Positions 1-8,994 of a stretch of DNA of 39,398 nucleotides are shown piece after piece (within the stretch, counting starts at the first letter, position 1; each line of letters begins with the position of its first letter). The DNA comes from Bacteroidales bacterium (GTDB lineage Bacteria; Bacteroidota; Bacteroidia; Bacteroidales; JBKEBB01): the NCBI GenBank assembly GCA_047972845.1, contig JBKEBB010000286.1, forward strand, positions 1 through 39,398, written 5' to 3'. Below the pieces are notes generated by a model that made no database searches, was not told the DNA's origin, and saw only the letters and a program-made list of their open reading frames with translations. Position numbers and translations under genes: made by a program.

Positions 1-945
1 GAACTCTTCGGGCTTACTTACAAGAAGAATGATAAAATTCCGGTGTATAATCCGGAAGTATCGGCTTATGAAGTGTACAACGCTGAAGGTAAGTTCATGG
101 CAATCCTTTACACCGACTTCCATCCGAGAAGCGGCAAACAGCCCGGTGCATGGATGACCTCTTTTAAAGGACAATGGAAGAAAGAGGGAGTGGACAGCCG
201 TCCGCACGTGACCATCACGATGAACTTCACCCGCCCAACAGAAAACGAACCCGCTCTTCTCACCTATGGAGAAGTAGAAACTTTCCTGCACGAGTTCGGA
301 CACGCTCTTCACGGAATGTTGTCGGAATGTACCTATCGCTCGCTTTCGGGAACAAACGTCTATAACGACTTCATTGAACTTCCTTCTCAAATCATGGAAA
401 ACTGGTTGCCACAGAAAGAGTTCCTCGATCGTTTCGCGGTGCATTACAAGACAGGAGAGAAGATTCCCGCCGAACTGATCAAAAAGATTCGCGACGCGGA
501 GAACTACAACGTAGGCTACGGTTGTGTGCGTCAACTCTCATTCGGATTCCTCGACATGGGTTGGCACACGATCACCCAACCGTTCAGCGGAGATATGGTA
601 CAATTTGAAAACGAAGCACTTTCAGGAACTCAACTATTCCCTTCTGTTTCGGGTGTAACCATAGGTCCGGCCTTCGGACATATCTTCAGCGGTGGATACG
701 CGGCAGGCTACTACAGCTACAAATGGGCGGAAGTGCTCGACGCGGATGCCTTCTCTCTGTTTGAAAAGAATGGAATCTTCGACAAGGCGACTGCACGTTC
801 GTTCGCTGAAAACGTCCTATCAAAAGGAGGAACGGAAGATCCTTCTGTTCTTTACCGTCGCTTCAGAGGACAAGATCCTACTCCCGACGCACTGTATCGA
901 CGCAACGGGATCACACTTCCGAACCAAATTAGTCCCAGAAAATAA
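1..945 (+). CDS. dcp: M3 family metallopeptidase (peptidyl-dipeptidase Dcp-like), C-terminal part; the 5' end lies outside the window
   Basis: Frame 1 is open from base 1 (ELFGLTYKKNDKIPVYNPEV...). It carries the HEFGHALH zinc-binding HExxH motif and the M3-type C-terminal segment GGYAAGYYSYKWAEVLDADAF. Confidence 0.85.
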   Translation, partial: ELFGLTYKKNDKIPVYNPEVSAYEVYNAEGKFMAILYTDFHPRSGKQPGAWMTSFKGQWKKEGVDSRPHVTITMNFTRPTENEPALLTYGEVETFLHEFGHALHGMLSECTYRSLSGTNVYNDFIELPSQIMENWLPQKEFLDRFAVHYKTGEKIPAELIKKIRDAENYNVGYGCVRQLSFGFLDMGWHTITQPFSGDMVQFENEALSGTQLFPSVSGVTIGPAFGHIFSGGYAAGYYSYKWAEVLDADAFSLFEKNGIFDKATARSFAENVLSKGGTEDPSVLYRRFRGQDPTPDALYRRNGITLPNQISPRK

Positions 946-1005
946 TTATTCGCACGATCTTTAACCTACGATAATTTAACACGCATCTATAAATCCATTC
1001 CAATC

Positions 1006-2007
1006 ATGAATCCATACCTGCAACTTATAATAGGCCTGATTCTTCTCCTTTGGGGAGGCGATATGCTTGTAAACGGCGGAGTCGGCCTTGCAAGACGTTT
1101 CCGTATTTCTTCGTTAGTAGTCGGAATGACTGTCGTTGCCTTTGGCACCTCTGCTCCCGAACTTATTGTAAGCGTTGTTGCAGCCATTGACGGAAATCCC
1201 GAAATTGCACTTGGAAATGTGATTGGCTCCAATATTGTCAATATCGGACTAATATTGGGATTTGCCGCTCTTATTTTACCTATCCCTGTTAATAAAGAAT
1301 CCATACGCAGAGATTTTCCTATGATGTTGATCGTTACCCTCCTCTTTTGGATAATTGGATCAACTGGTGAGATTGGACGTATAAGCGGACTGATTGGAGT
1401 AATCATCATTATTGCATACACCATTTGGGCCATTCGCAAATCACGCGCAGAGAATAAAGAAGAAGAAAAAGCCAATCCGGAAGAAAAGATAAAACCTCTC
1501 TGGTTATCTATCATTTATATCCTTATTGCTCCGGCTCTTTTAGCTTTCGGTGCGGATAATCTTGTTTCTGGAGCCTCCTCTATCGCCTTTAGCATGGGGG
1601 TAAGCGAACGCGTTGTAGGTGTTACAATCGTTGCCTTCGGGACAAGCCTTCCTGAATTCGTTGCATCGGTAATGGCCTCTATTAGAAGACAGCTCGACAT
1701 CTCTATTGGAAACATTATCGGATCGAACCTGTTTAATATCTGTAGTGTGATCGGATTAACCGCACTCATCAAACCGATTGAAGTGAACTATGCCGCTTTT
1801 ATGAGCGATTTTGCATGGATGACCTTCTTTGCCTTGTTGTTATTCTTAATGTTATTACCTTTGATGGGCAATTGGCGCAGGTTCAAACAGTCAGGCTATA
1901 ACTCTCCAAAGAAACTGACCGGACTCGAAAACGGAACACTCCGCCGCTGGGAAGGATTGGTATTAATTGGTCTATATGTACTCTATATTGTGAAGTTATT
2001 CCAATAA
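1006..2007 (+). CDS. Calcium/sodium antiporter, CaCA (YrbG-like) family
   Basis: 333-aa polytopic membrane protein. It has the two internal alpha-repeat signatures GTSAPEL and GTSLPEF, each followed by GN(V/I)IGSN. Confidence 0.85.
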   Translation: MNPYLQLIIGLILLLWGGDMLVNGGVGLARRFRISSLVVGMTVVAFGTSAPELIVSVVAAIDGNPEIALGNVIGSNIVNIGLILGFAALILPIPVNKESIRRDFPMMLIVTLLFWIIGSTGEIGRISGLIGVIIIIAYTIWAIRKSRAENKEEEKANPEEKIKPLWLSIIYILIAPALLAFGADNLVSGASSIAFSMGVSERVVGVTIVAFGTSLPEFVASVMASIRRQLDISIGNIIGSNLFNICSVIGLTALIKPIEVNYAAFMSDFAWMTFFALLLFLMLLPLMGNWRRFKQSGYNSPKKLTGLENGTLRRWEGLVLIGLYVLYIVKLFQ

Positions 2008-2023
2008 CCCGAATTATTACCCT

Positions 2024-2467
2024 ATGGACGAAAAACAACTGGCTCTCGACAAACGCTATCTACGCATGGCTAAAATATGGGCGGAAAACTCATATTGTAA
2101 ACGGAGACAAGTAGGAGCGTTGATCGTAAAGGATAAGAAAATAATCTCCGATGGCTACAACGGAACACCCTCGGGGTTTCCTAATCTGTGCGAAGACGAG
2201 AACGGCCTTACCTTTCCTTACGTACTTCACGCCGAGGCCAATGCAATAACCAAGGTGGCTTGTTCAAACAACAGCAGTGAAGGGGCAACCATTTATTGCA
2301 CTTCGTCTCCCTGCATCGAATGTTCGAAGTTAATCATTCAAGCCGGAATACGGCGTCTTGTTTACTGCGAACAATACCGGCTTATGGATGGCATACAACT
2401 ACTTCAGCGAGCCGGCATAGAAGTTGCTTTTATACAAATAGATCCCTCTAACGAAACAAACAGATAA
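2024..2467 (+). CDS. Deoxycytidylate (dCMP) deaminase, ComEB type
   Basis: 147 aa. Cytidine/deoxycytidylate deaminase zinc motifs HAEANAI and PCIECSKLI are present. Confidence 0.85.
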   Translation: MDEKQLALDKRYLRMAKIWAENSYCKRRQVGALIVKDKKIISDGYNGTPSGFPNLCEDENGLTFPYVLHAEANAITKVACSNNSSEGATIYCTSSPCIECSKLIIQAGIRRLVYCEQYRLMDGIQLLQRAGIEVAFIQIDPSNETNR

Positions 2468-2603
2468 TCTTAACAATACCCCCATTTCAATTGTATGAAA
2501 CGAGCATTCAAGTCAAATAATTAGTCCTATTCCCCAAGGGAATGGTTATTTGTATTCCATGCGAGCTCCATAATTTCTTCATTCAATTAATAAATTATGA
2601 GTT

Positions 2604-4232
2604 ATGAAAAATAAAATTCTTTTACCCGTCATCATAACCATCTCCATCGCTGCCGGAATCGCTATTGGAAGCTATTTCTCCAGAAATGTGGTGATAAAAG
2701 GAACCTCTATATCTTTTCCCCGCGCCTCAAACAAACTGAGCGGACTGCTTGAGGTCATCAATCAACTCTATGTAGATACGGTCAATATCAAAGACCTGAT
2801 CGAAAAAACAATCCCTACCGTTTTGGACGATCTCGATCCTCACTCCTCATACATCAAAGCCGAGGATCTGGAGAATGCGAACGAAGAGTTGGAGGGACAT
2901 TTCTCCGGAATCGGTGTACAGTTCAATCTTCAAAACGACACCATTACGGTGGTGAATGTTATCTCAGGCGGACCTGCCGAGAAGGTGGGTGTGATGCCCG
3001 GCGACCGGATTGTGGAGATCAACGACACCCTCTTCGTTGGCAAAGGGATAACCAACGAGAAGGTGATGAAACACCTACGTGGTCCCAAAGGCTCTGAGGT
3101 GAAAGTAGGAGTGAGACGTACCACCGCCGAATCCGTGATCCCCATCAAAATCATTCGGGGAGACATCCCTCTCACCAGTGTCGATGCCTCTTATATGATC
3201 GAAGAGGGCGTAGGGTTTATCCGTATCAGCAAATTCGGAGCCTCCACCTACAACGAGTTCATCACCGCATTGGCCAAACTAAGCAGCCAAGGGTGCGATC
3301 GCTTTATCATCGACCTCCGTGGTAATCTCGGCGGTTATATGGAGGCTGCTATCAATATGATCAATGAGTTCTTGCCGGCCAAACAGTTGATCGTTTACAC
3401 CGAAGGAAAATCTGTTCCTCGCAACGAGGCCTTTTCCAATGGAGCAGGTGCTTTCCAGCAATCTCCCGTGGTGGTTCTTCTCGACGAATGGAGTGCTTCC
3501 GCCAGTGAGATCTTCGCGGGTGCCGTTCAAGACAACGATCGTGGTTTAATCATCGGTCGCCGTTCGTTCGGAAAGGGATTGGTTCAACAACAGCTCCCCT
3601 TCAACGACGGATCTGCTATCCGTCTTACCATCGCCCGCTACTACACTCCTTCTGGCCGCAGTATTCAGAAGAAGTACGAACCGGGCAAAGGGGAGGAGTA
3701 CGAACTCGATCTATATGAACGTTATCAACGGGGTGAATTCTTCTCCAAAGATAGCATCAAACAGGTTGATAGTACCGAATACTTCACCGTGGGAGGAAGA
3801 GTAGTATATGGTGGCGGCGGAATCATGCCCGACATCTTTACACCACGCGACACCGTCGCATTCACCCCCTATTTCAACCAAGTAGTCAACTTCAGCATTC
3901 TCTATCAGTTCTGTTTCCAATATGCTGATCAGAACCGTGCGGCCATCGCTGCTCTGCCTGACACAAAAGCCATAGAAGCCTACCTCAACAAAAAGAATGT
4001 GTTGAACGAATTCATCGCCTATGCGGAGAGCAAAGGAGTTAAGCCTAATCGTGCCGATATTGCCAAATCACGCGTATTGCTGACCGATCAGATATATGCC
4101 TATATTGCCCGTAACGCGAAAGACGACGAAGCCTTTTTCCGTCTCTTCTTCAAACACGACGAAACCGTTCTTCATGCCGTGAAAGAGATCAAACTAATTG
4201 GACCTTCTGTCAGCCAGTATTCGTCCAATTAA
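2604..4232 (+). CDS. S41 family carboxy-terminal processing peptidase
   Basis: N-terminal TM/signal anchor. PDZ-like segment GIGVQF...GGPAEKVGVMPGDRIVEIND. S41 catalytic region LLDEWSASASEIFAGA ... RRSFGKGLVQ. Confidence 0.85.
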   Translation: MKNKILLPVIITISIAAGIAIGSYFSRNVVIKGTSISFPRASNKLSGLLEVINQLYVDTVNIKDLIEKTIPTVLDDLDPHSSYIKAEDLENANEELEGHFSGIGVQFNLQNDTITVVNVISGGPAEKVGVMPGDRIVEINDTLFVGKGITNEKVMKHLRGPKGSEVKVGVRRTTAESVIPIKIIRGDIPLTSVDASYMIEEGVGFIRISKFGASTYNEFITALAKLSSQGCDRFIIDLRGNLGGYMEAAINMINEFLPAKQLIVYTEGKSVPRNEAFSNGAGAFQQSPVVVLLDEWSASASEIFAGAVQDNDRGLIIGRRSFGKGLVQQQLPFNDGSAIRLTIARYYTPSGRSIQKKYEPGKGEEYELDLYERYQRGEFFSKDSIKQVDSTEYFTVGGRVVYGGGGIMPDIFTPRDTVAFTPYFNQVVNFSILYQFCFQYADQNRAAIAALPDTKAIEAYLNKKNVLNEFIAYAESKGVKPNRADIAKSRVLLTDQIYAYIARNAKDDEAFFRLFFKHDETVLHAVKEIKLIGPSVSQYSSN

Positions 4233-4262
4233 CGTTGAATAAACGGTCAATCAACTTAAAGA

Positions 4263-4811
4263 ATGGAGATGTCGGTAGTGGCCCTCAAACAACAACTCAG
4301 AAAAGAGATACGTGAGCTGTCCCGTTCCCTTTCAGAGGATGAGCGCCGACTTCGGTCCCATCAGATCTGCATCGAGGTCGAACAACAGGAAGCTTTCCAG
4401 CAGGCTGAATACATATTGCTCTATCACCCTCTGATGTATGAAGTTTCTACACTCTCCTTGCTGCATGAATATTGTGAGAGAAAGAAGGTCTATCTCCCAA
4501 TCGTGGATGGAAACGATCTGTTTCTGGTGCGATACCAAGGCGAGAATAGCTTAATAAAAGGAGCCTTCGGAGTGATGGAACCCGTTGGAGAACGATTCTC
4601 TCAGTTGGATCAAATCACATGCGTCGTTGTTCCCGGTGTAGCTTTCGATCCGCATGGCAATCGGTTGGGATACGGCAAGGGATACTACGACCGACTGCTC
4701 CCTCAACTACCCAATGCCACCCGAATAGGGATCGGATTCTCCCACCAATTGGTTGACCAAGTACCTGTGGAGCCTTCAGACCTTCCCATGAACAGGGTAA
4801 TTACCGGATAA
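4263..4811 (+). CDS. 5-formyltetrahydrofolate cyclo-ligase
   Basis: 182 aa. Family signature VVPGVAFDPHGNRLGYGKGYYDRLL. Confidence 0.85.
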   Translation: MEMSVVALKQQLRKEIRELSRSLSEDERRLRSHQICIEVEQQEAFQQAEYILLYHPLMYEVSTLSLLHEYCERKKVYLPIVDGNDLFLVRYQGENSLIKGAFGVMEPVGERFSQLDQITCVVVPGVAFDPHGNRLGYGKGYYDRLLPQLPNATRIGIGFSHQLVDQVPVEPSDLPMNRVITG

Positions 4812-4896
4812 AACAGCCCGATGTCAGGCGCAAAAGAGCGTGTCGGTCCACACATTTGGAAACAATATTATTAAAAATAAAACTACAGAAAATCAT

Positions 4897-5739
4897 ATGC
4901 ATATAGCTATTATTGGAGTTGGATTAATGGGAGGTTCGCTGGCCATGAGCCTCAAGGATAATCAGTTTTCCACCAAGATTGTGGGAGTGGACGCTTCGGC
5001 GTCTAATTGCAAAAAGGCGCTTGAACTGGGACTGGTTGATGAGATTTCCACTTTCGAAAAGGCGATTGAAGAGGCCCAATTGATCGTTTTGGCCACACCC
5101 GTGGACACCATCCCTACCCTTGCGGTAAAGGTGTTGAACAAAATCTCCTCGAATCAAATCGTGATGGATATCGGTTCCGTAAAAGAGGAGTTGGCCGAAA
5201 TGATCTGTCAGCATCCCAAACGGGGACGGTTTGTAGCCACCCACCCGATGTGGGGAACGGAGAAGAGCGGACCCGAATGGTCGGTCAAAGGGGCCTTTAA
5301 GGGCCGTACCGTGGTGATCTGCGATCCCAACAGCTCAGACAAAGAGGCGCTTGACACAGTGGAAAGACTCTATACCGCCATCGGAATGCCTGTCAGCTAC
5401 ATGACCTCCGAAGAGCAGGATCTTCACTCCGCCTACATTTCCCACATCTCTCATGTCAGTGCCTACGCGCTGGCCCTAACCGTTTTGGAAAAGGAGCGTG
5501 AAGAAGATCGTATCTTCGAATTGGCAAGTGCCGGATTCGAGAGTACTGTCCGTTTGGCGAAAAGCTCCTCCAGCATGTGGGTGCCCATCTTTCTGCAAAA
5601 CAAGTACAACCTGCTCGATGTATTGCGGGAACACATCCATCAGCTACAAATATTCCGCAAAATGCTTGAGAACGACGACCGCGAAGGACTGACCGCCGTG
5701 ATTGACAAGGCCAACACCATCAAACGAATCATTCCATAA
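4897..5739 (+). CDS. tyrA: Prephenate dehydrogenase
   Basis: Rossmann motif IAIIGVGLMGGSLA sits right after the ATG at 4897. HPMWGTE motif is present. The ORF-track start at 4840 is a GTG that adds 19 unlikely residues. Confidence 0.8.
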   Translation: MHIAIIGVGLMGGSLAMSLKDNQFSTKIVGVDASASNCKKALELGLVDEISTFEKAIEEAQLIVLATPVDTIPTLAVKVLNKISSNQIVMDIGSVKEELAEMICQHPKRGRFVATHPMWGTEKSGPEWSVKGAFKGRTVVICDPNSSDKEALDTVERLYTAIGMPVSYMTSEEQDLHSAYISHISHVSAYALALTVLEKEREEDRIFELASAGFESTVRLAKSSSSMWVPIFLQNKYNLLDVLREHIHQLQIFRKMLENDDREGLTAVIDKANTIKRIIP

Positions 5740-5782
5740 TTCGGGTCCGTTAAACGGACATTCATCCTGTTTCGAACATAGT

Positions 5783-5815
5783 AATACCGACATGGCAGTG
5801 TCGGTATTTTTTTTG
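5783..5815 (+). terminator. Rho-independent terminator after tyrA
   Basis: Perfect 9-bp stem AATACCGAC (5783-5791) / GTCGGTATT (5800-5808), followed by a run of eight T. Confidence 0.8.
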
Positions 5816-6157
5816 TCTCCCATCAATCTCCCATTATCTCCCGACGTGTCCCTATTTTAAAAGGATGTAATTCCCATTATACAGATGTGTATTCATTCAT
5901 TGAAAACAGACCGATCCGTTGGTTCAAAAGGAGCAAACGTTTTGGTAAAACAGACGGCTCCTTTTGTAGCAGAGATACAGACCTTTTCACCAAAAGGTAT
6001 ATACCTTTTTATCACTCCTTCAAACAAGGAGAACAGAAGGGATTCTTCGGTTTGATAATCAAAACAATAGAGATTGATCAATGGAATCTGAGAAGAAGGA
6101 ACGCGATTATAGGGAAAATGTCAAATCAAATTCGTTGCCAAACGATGAAAAGTTGCC

Positions 6158-6165
6158 TATCTTTG
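6158..6165 (+). promoter_or_regulatory. Bacteroidota -7 promoter box (TAtcTTTG) feeding the cobalamin riboswitch
   Basis: TATCTTTG matches the TAnnTTTG consensus. It lies about 6-8 nt upstream of where the aptamer's first helix begins. The -33 element is only approximate (TTCGTTG at 6131-6137). Confidence 0.55.
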
Positions 6166-6167
6166 CA

Positions 6168-6365
6168 ACTGCATAGGTTTCGGAGTGCATGGCTTTGCAC
6201 AATCCGACTAAGAGGGAACCGGGTGTAAATCCCGGACAGTTCCCGCTGCTGTAAGTTCCGGTTCTGATACAACAGAACCATTCGGCTGAACACTCTTTTG
6301 CCACTGACAATCGTTGTCGGGAAGGCGTTCAGTCGGGAATAAGTCAGAAGACCTGCCTGTGTGCG
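6168..6365 (+). promoter_or_regulatory. Cobalamin (AdoCbl-type) riboswitch aptamer
   Basis: Conserved blocks read directly: AGAGGGAACCGGGTGTAAATCCCGGACAGTTCCCGCTGCTGTAAG (6211-6254); GCCACTG...GGGAAGGCG (about 6300-6327); B12 box AAGTCAGAAGACCTGCC (6341-6357). A cobalamin adenosyltransferase gene lies downstream. Boundaries are approximate. Confidence 0.9.
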
Positions 6366-6532
6366 ACAACATTCAACGGCTTTCGGGTAAAGAGCCTACG
6401 AAAAGAGTTTCGGGTTGCTACACAGCTTCTACACCTCCTCAAACGACCTTCGTTATTCTTGTCCCCATGCGTTTTGCGTTGAACGTTGTCAACTGCATTT
6501 AGATACTATTCAACACTAAAAACAAAACAATT

Positions 6533-7114
6533 ATGGAAAACAAGAAGATCAATTTGCGATTTGGAGCAATCTCATGTATGATTCTATTGGCAGCACTGAG
6601 CCGACTGATTCCCCACCCCATCAATTTCGCCCCGATAAGCGGAATCGCCCTGTTTGGAGCGGCCTTTTACGGTAAAAAATATTGGGCCTTCATCATCCCG
6701 ATTGTCTCCATGTGGATCAGCGATCTGATCATCAACAACGTGGTGTACGCGGAGCTGTTCGATGGATTTGTATGGTTCTACTCAGGTTCTCTCTTTACCT
6801 ATGCGGCGTTTGTAGCAATTGCCATTCTTGGAATGAATGCACTGAAAAGAGTAACGGTAAGCCGGGTGGTAGCCTCCGCTATGTCGGCCTCCATTTTGTT
6901 TTTCGCACTGTCGAACTTCGGGGTGTGGCTTTCATCGGGAATGTATCCCCACACATGGAACGGGCTGGCAACCTGCTATGCCGCAGGCCTCCCATTCCTT
7001 AAAAACACAGTAGCGGGCGATTTGGTATATAGCGCACTCCTGTTTGGTGCATTCGTTTGGGGAGAGAGCCGATTTCCGGCTCTTCGCCCGGTCTCACAAT
7101 CAATAGCATCGTAA
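6533..7114 (+). CDS. Small polytopic membrane protein, DUF6580-like putative (corrinoid-related) transport protein
   Basis: 193 aa with about 5-6 hydrophobic helices. The N-terminal segment LSRLIPHPINFAPISGIALFGAAFY resembles what I recall of the DUF6580 family. It is the first gene after the B12 riboswitch. The family assignment is from memory, not from a search. Confidence 0.6.
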   Translation: MENKKINLRFGAISCMILLAALSRLIPHPINFAPISGIALFGAAFYGKKYWAFIIPIVSMWISDLIINNVVYAELFDGFVWFYSGSLFTYAAFVAIAILGMNALKRVTVSRVVASAMSASILFFALSNFGVWLSSGMYPHTWNGLATCYAAGLPFLKNTVAGDLVYSALLFGAFVWGESRFPALRPVSQSIAS

Positions 7115-7629
7115 TGAACGGATTTGTGCATGTCTATACCGGCGATGGAAAGGGTAAGACAACCGCGGCTTTCGGATTAGCACTACGTGCGGCCGGAGCG
7201 GGAAAGCAGGTGTATATTGCCCAATTTGTGAAAAGTATGATCTACTCGGAGGTTAAAACCGTAGATCAATTTCTGCCCAACATCACGGTAAAGCAATACG
7301 GATTGAATTGCTTTTTGATAAACACTCCCGACAACAACGACATGGAAGCCGCTCGAAAGGGATTGGAAGAGGTGAAACAAATGGTATCCTCGGGAGAGTA
7401 TGACATGGTCGTGCTTGACGAAGCTACCATTGCCGTGTTTTACAATCTGATCTCGTCCACCGAACTGATCGATACAATCAAAGGGAGAAATCCCCGAACA
7501 GAAATTGTGGTAACGGGACGATACGCGTCATCGGATCTGATTGAGATAGCCGATCTGGTAACCGAAATGAAAGAGGTAAAGCACTACTACCAGAAAGGCA
7601 TCGAATCGAGGGTCGGCATTGAATGCTAA
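7114..7629 (+). CDS. cobO: Cob(I)yrinic acid a,c-diamide / cob(I)alamin adenosyltransferase
   Basis: The N-terminus VHVYTGDGKGKTTAAFGLALRAAGAG is the CobO/BtuR P-loop. The ATG at 7114 overlaps the upstream TAA by 1 nt (TAATG). The ORF-track start at 7057 would overlap the preceding gene by 58 nt. Confidence 0.85.
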   Translation: MNGFVHVYTGDGKGKTTAAFGLALRAAGAGKQVYIAQFVKSMIYSEVKTVDQFLPNITVKQYGLNCFLINTPDNNDMEAARKGLEEVKQMVSSGEYDMVVLDEATIAVFYNLISSTELIDTIKGRNPRTEIVVTGRYASSDLIEIADLVTEMKEVKHYYQKGIESRVGIEC

Positions 7630-7648
7630 CATCAAAAGTAAAACTATT

Positions 7649-8353
7649 ATGCGCAAAAAAGCGGTAATGAACAGGAGCGGAGGAAAAGACTCTGCTTTGG
7701 CACTGTATAAAGTAATGCAAGGCGAAGAATATGAGGTAGTCTCCCTGCTTACGACAGTAAACAGAGAGACCCTCCGTTCGTCCATGCACGGCATACCGAT
7801 AGGGCTGCTTCAGGCACAAGCCAGAAGCATCGGAATTCCTATTCAGGAGGCATACCTCGACCCATCGGGAGAGATGAGCGGATACAACGAAGCGATGCGT
7901 GAAGCGGTGGAGTACTTTCAGTCAATCGGGGTGACCCACTTCATTTTCGGCGACATATTCCTGCATGACGTACGCTCCTACCGTGAGGCACATTTGAATC
8001 CCTATGGCATCGAAGTGGTAGAACCGCTGTGGGACAAAACATCGGCAGAGGTGATGGAGGAGTTTCTGCAATCGGGACTACAGACAGTAGTGGTCAGTAC
8101 GATGGCAGACAAGCTGGACGAAACATTTATAGGACAACCGATTGATCGATCGTTTGTGGAACGAATTCCCGAAGGGGTAGATATGTGTGGCGAAAACGGA
8201 GAGTATCATACGTTCTGCTTCGACGGTCCGCTGTTTCGTTCTCCCGTCCGTTTCTCGATGGATGAAACGCCCATGCGGGTGTCGCACGACGTAACATTGG
8301 ACACAGGGGAGGTTCGCGCCTATCACTACTGGTATGGCAAACTCAAGAGGTGA
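7649..8353 (+). CDS. PP-loop ATP pyrophosphatase of the MJ0570 / Dph6 (diphthine-ammonia ligase-like) family; function unknown in bacteria
   Basis: SGGKDS PP-loop at the N-terminus (MRKKAVMNRSGGKDSALAL). Family-typical FGDI, EPLW and CGENGEYHTFCFDGPLF blocks. The start is 19 nt after the cobO stop. Confidence 0.75.
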   Translation: MRKKAVMNRSGGKDSALALYKVMQGEEYEVVSLLTTVNRETLRSSMHGIPIGLLQAQARSIGIPIQEAYLDPSGEMSGYNEAMREAVEYFQSIGVTHFIFGDIFLHDVRSYREAHLNPYGIEVVEPLWDKTSAEVMEEFLQSGLQTVVVSTMADKLDETFIGQPIDRSFVERIPEGVDMCGENGEYHTFCFDGPLFRSPVRFSMDETPMRVSHDVTLDTGEVRAYHYWYGKLKR

Positions 8354-8387
8354 TCTGATTGAGTAATTGGCCGCACCAACCCATTCG

Positions 8388-8438
8388 AAGAGAAGGGAGG
8401 ATTTCATCGTTCTGAAGATCCGCCCTTCTCTTTTTTCT
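8388..8438 (+). terminator. Rho-independent terminator closing the riboswitch-controlled unit
   Basis: AAGAGAAGGGAGG (8388-8400) pairs with CCGCCCTTCTCTT (8420-8432), giving 12 bp with one mismatch. It runs into a TTTTTT tract. Confidence 0.7.
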
Positions 8439-8645
8439 TCCAAGATTCTTCCTTTCAATTCATTACCGACAGTCAAAACAGAGTATTCGTAAGTCATACA
8501 TGACTTGGCTGATCTGAATCATTGTACCCATAATCATCCTGATAAAGAGCAAGAAAAGAGATAAACCATCATTTCTTTTTGAACGATAAAGAGTTAAGCA
8601 GCTCAAAAAAGTTGCATATAAGGATGTAATCTCAACAAAATCTTC

Positions 8646-8653
8646 TATTTTTG
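8646..8653 (+). promoter_or_regulatory. -7 promoter box TAttTTTG upstream of the DUF59 gene
   Basis: Exact TAnnTTTG match 24 nt upstream of the ATG at 8677. No clear -33 element. Confidence 0.45.
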
Positions 8654-8676
8654 TGATTATTATCAAGGTGTAAACG

Positions 8677-8994
8677 ATGGAGAATAAATTTCTTGAACTC
8701 GAAGAGAAGATCGTACGGATGCTCAAAATGGTCTATGACCCTGAGATTCCTGTTAATGTGTACGATCTGGGATTGATCTATAAGATAGATGCAGACGATC
8801 CGAAACATATACGTATCGAAATGACTCTGACAGCCCCCAACTGTCCGGCGGCCGACTTTATCGTTGAAGACGTGCGCATGAAGATAGAGGGTATCGAAGG
8901 GGTGGAAAGCGTAGATATACAACTGGTGTTCGAGCCCGAATGGCATAGAGATATGATGACCGAAGAGGCCAAATTGGAATTGGGATTTCTCTGA
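8677..8994 (+). CDS. DUF59 / SufT-like metal-sulfur cluster assembly factor
   Basis: 105 aa. YDPEIPVNVYDLGLIY and TLTAPNCPAADFI are typical of the DUF59 (PaaD-like) family. Confidence 0.8.
   Translation: MENKFLELEEKIVRMLKMVYDPEIPVNVYDLGLIYKIDADDPKHIRIEMTLTAPNCPAADFIVEDVRMKIEGIEGVESVDIQLVFEPEWHRDMMTEEAKLELGFL

Noticed and set aside
987-1772. Minus-strand ORFs of 175 aa and 85 aa, opposite the CaCA antiporter gene.
   Set aside because: They are antisense shadows of a confidently assigned membrane-protein gene, with low-complexity, motif-free translations.
5887-6228. 113-aa plus-strand ORF, with the antisense 62-aa ORF 5893..6081 and the 67-aa ORF 6107..6310.
   Set aside because: These ORFs run through, or antisense to, the cobalamin riboswitch aptamer and the hairpin-rich non-coding stretch. 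They have no recognisable motifs and overlap one another. I treat them as chance ORFs.
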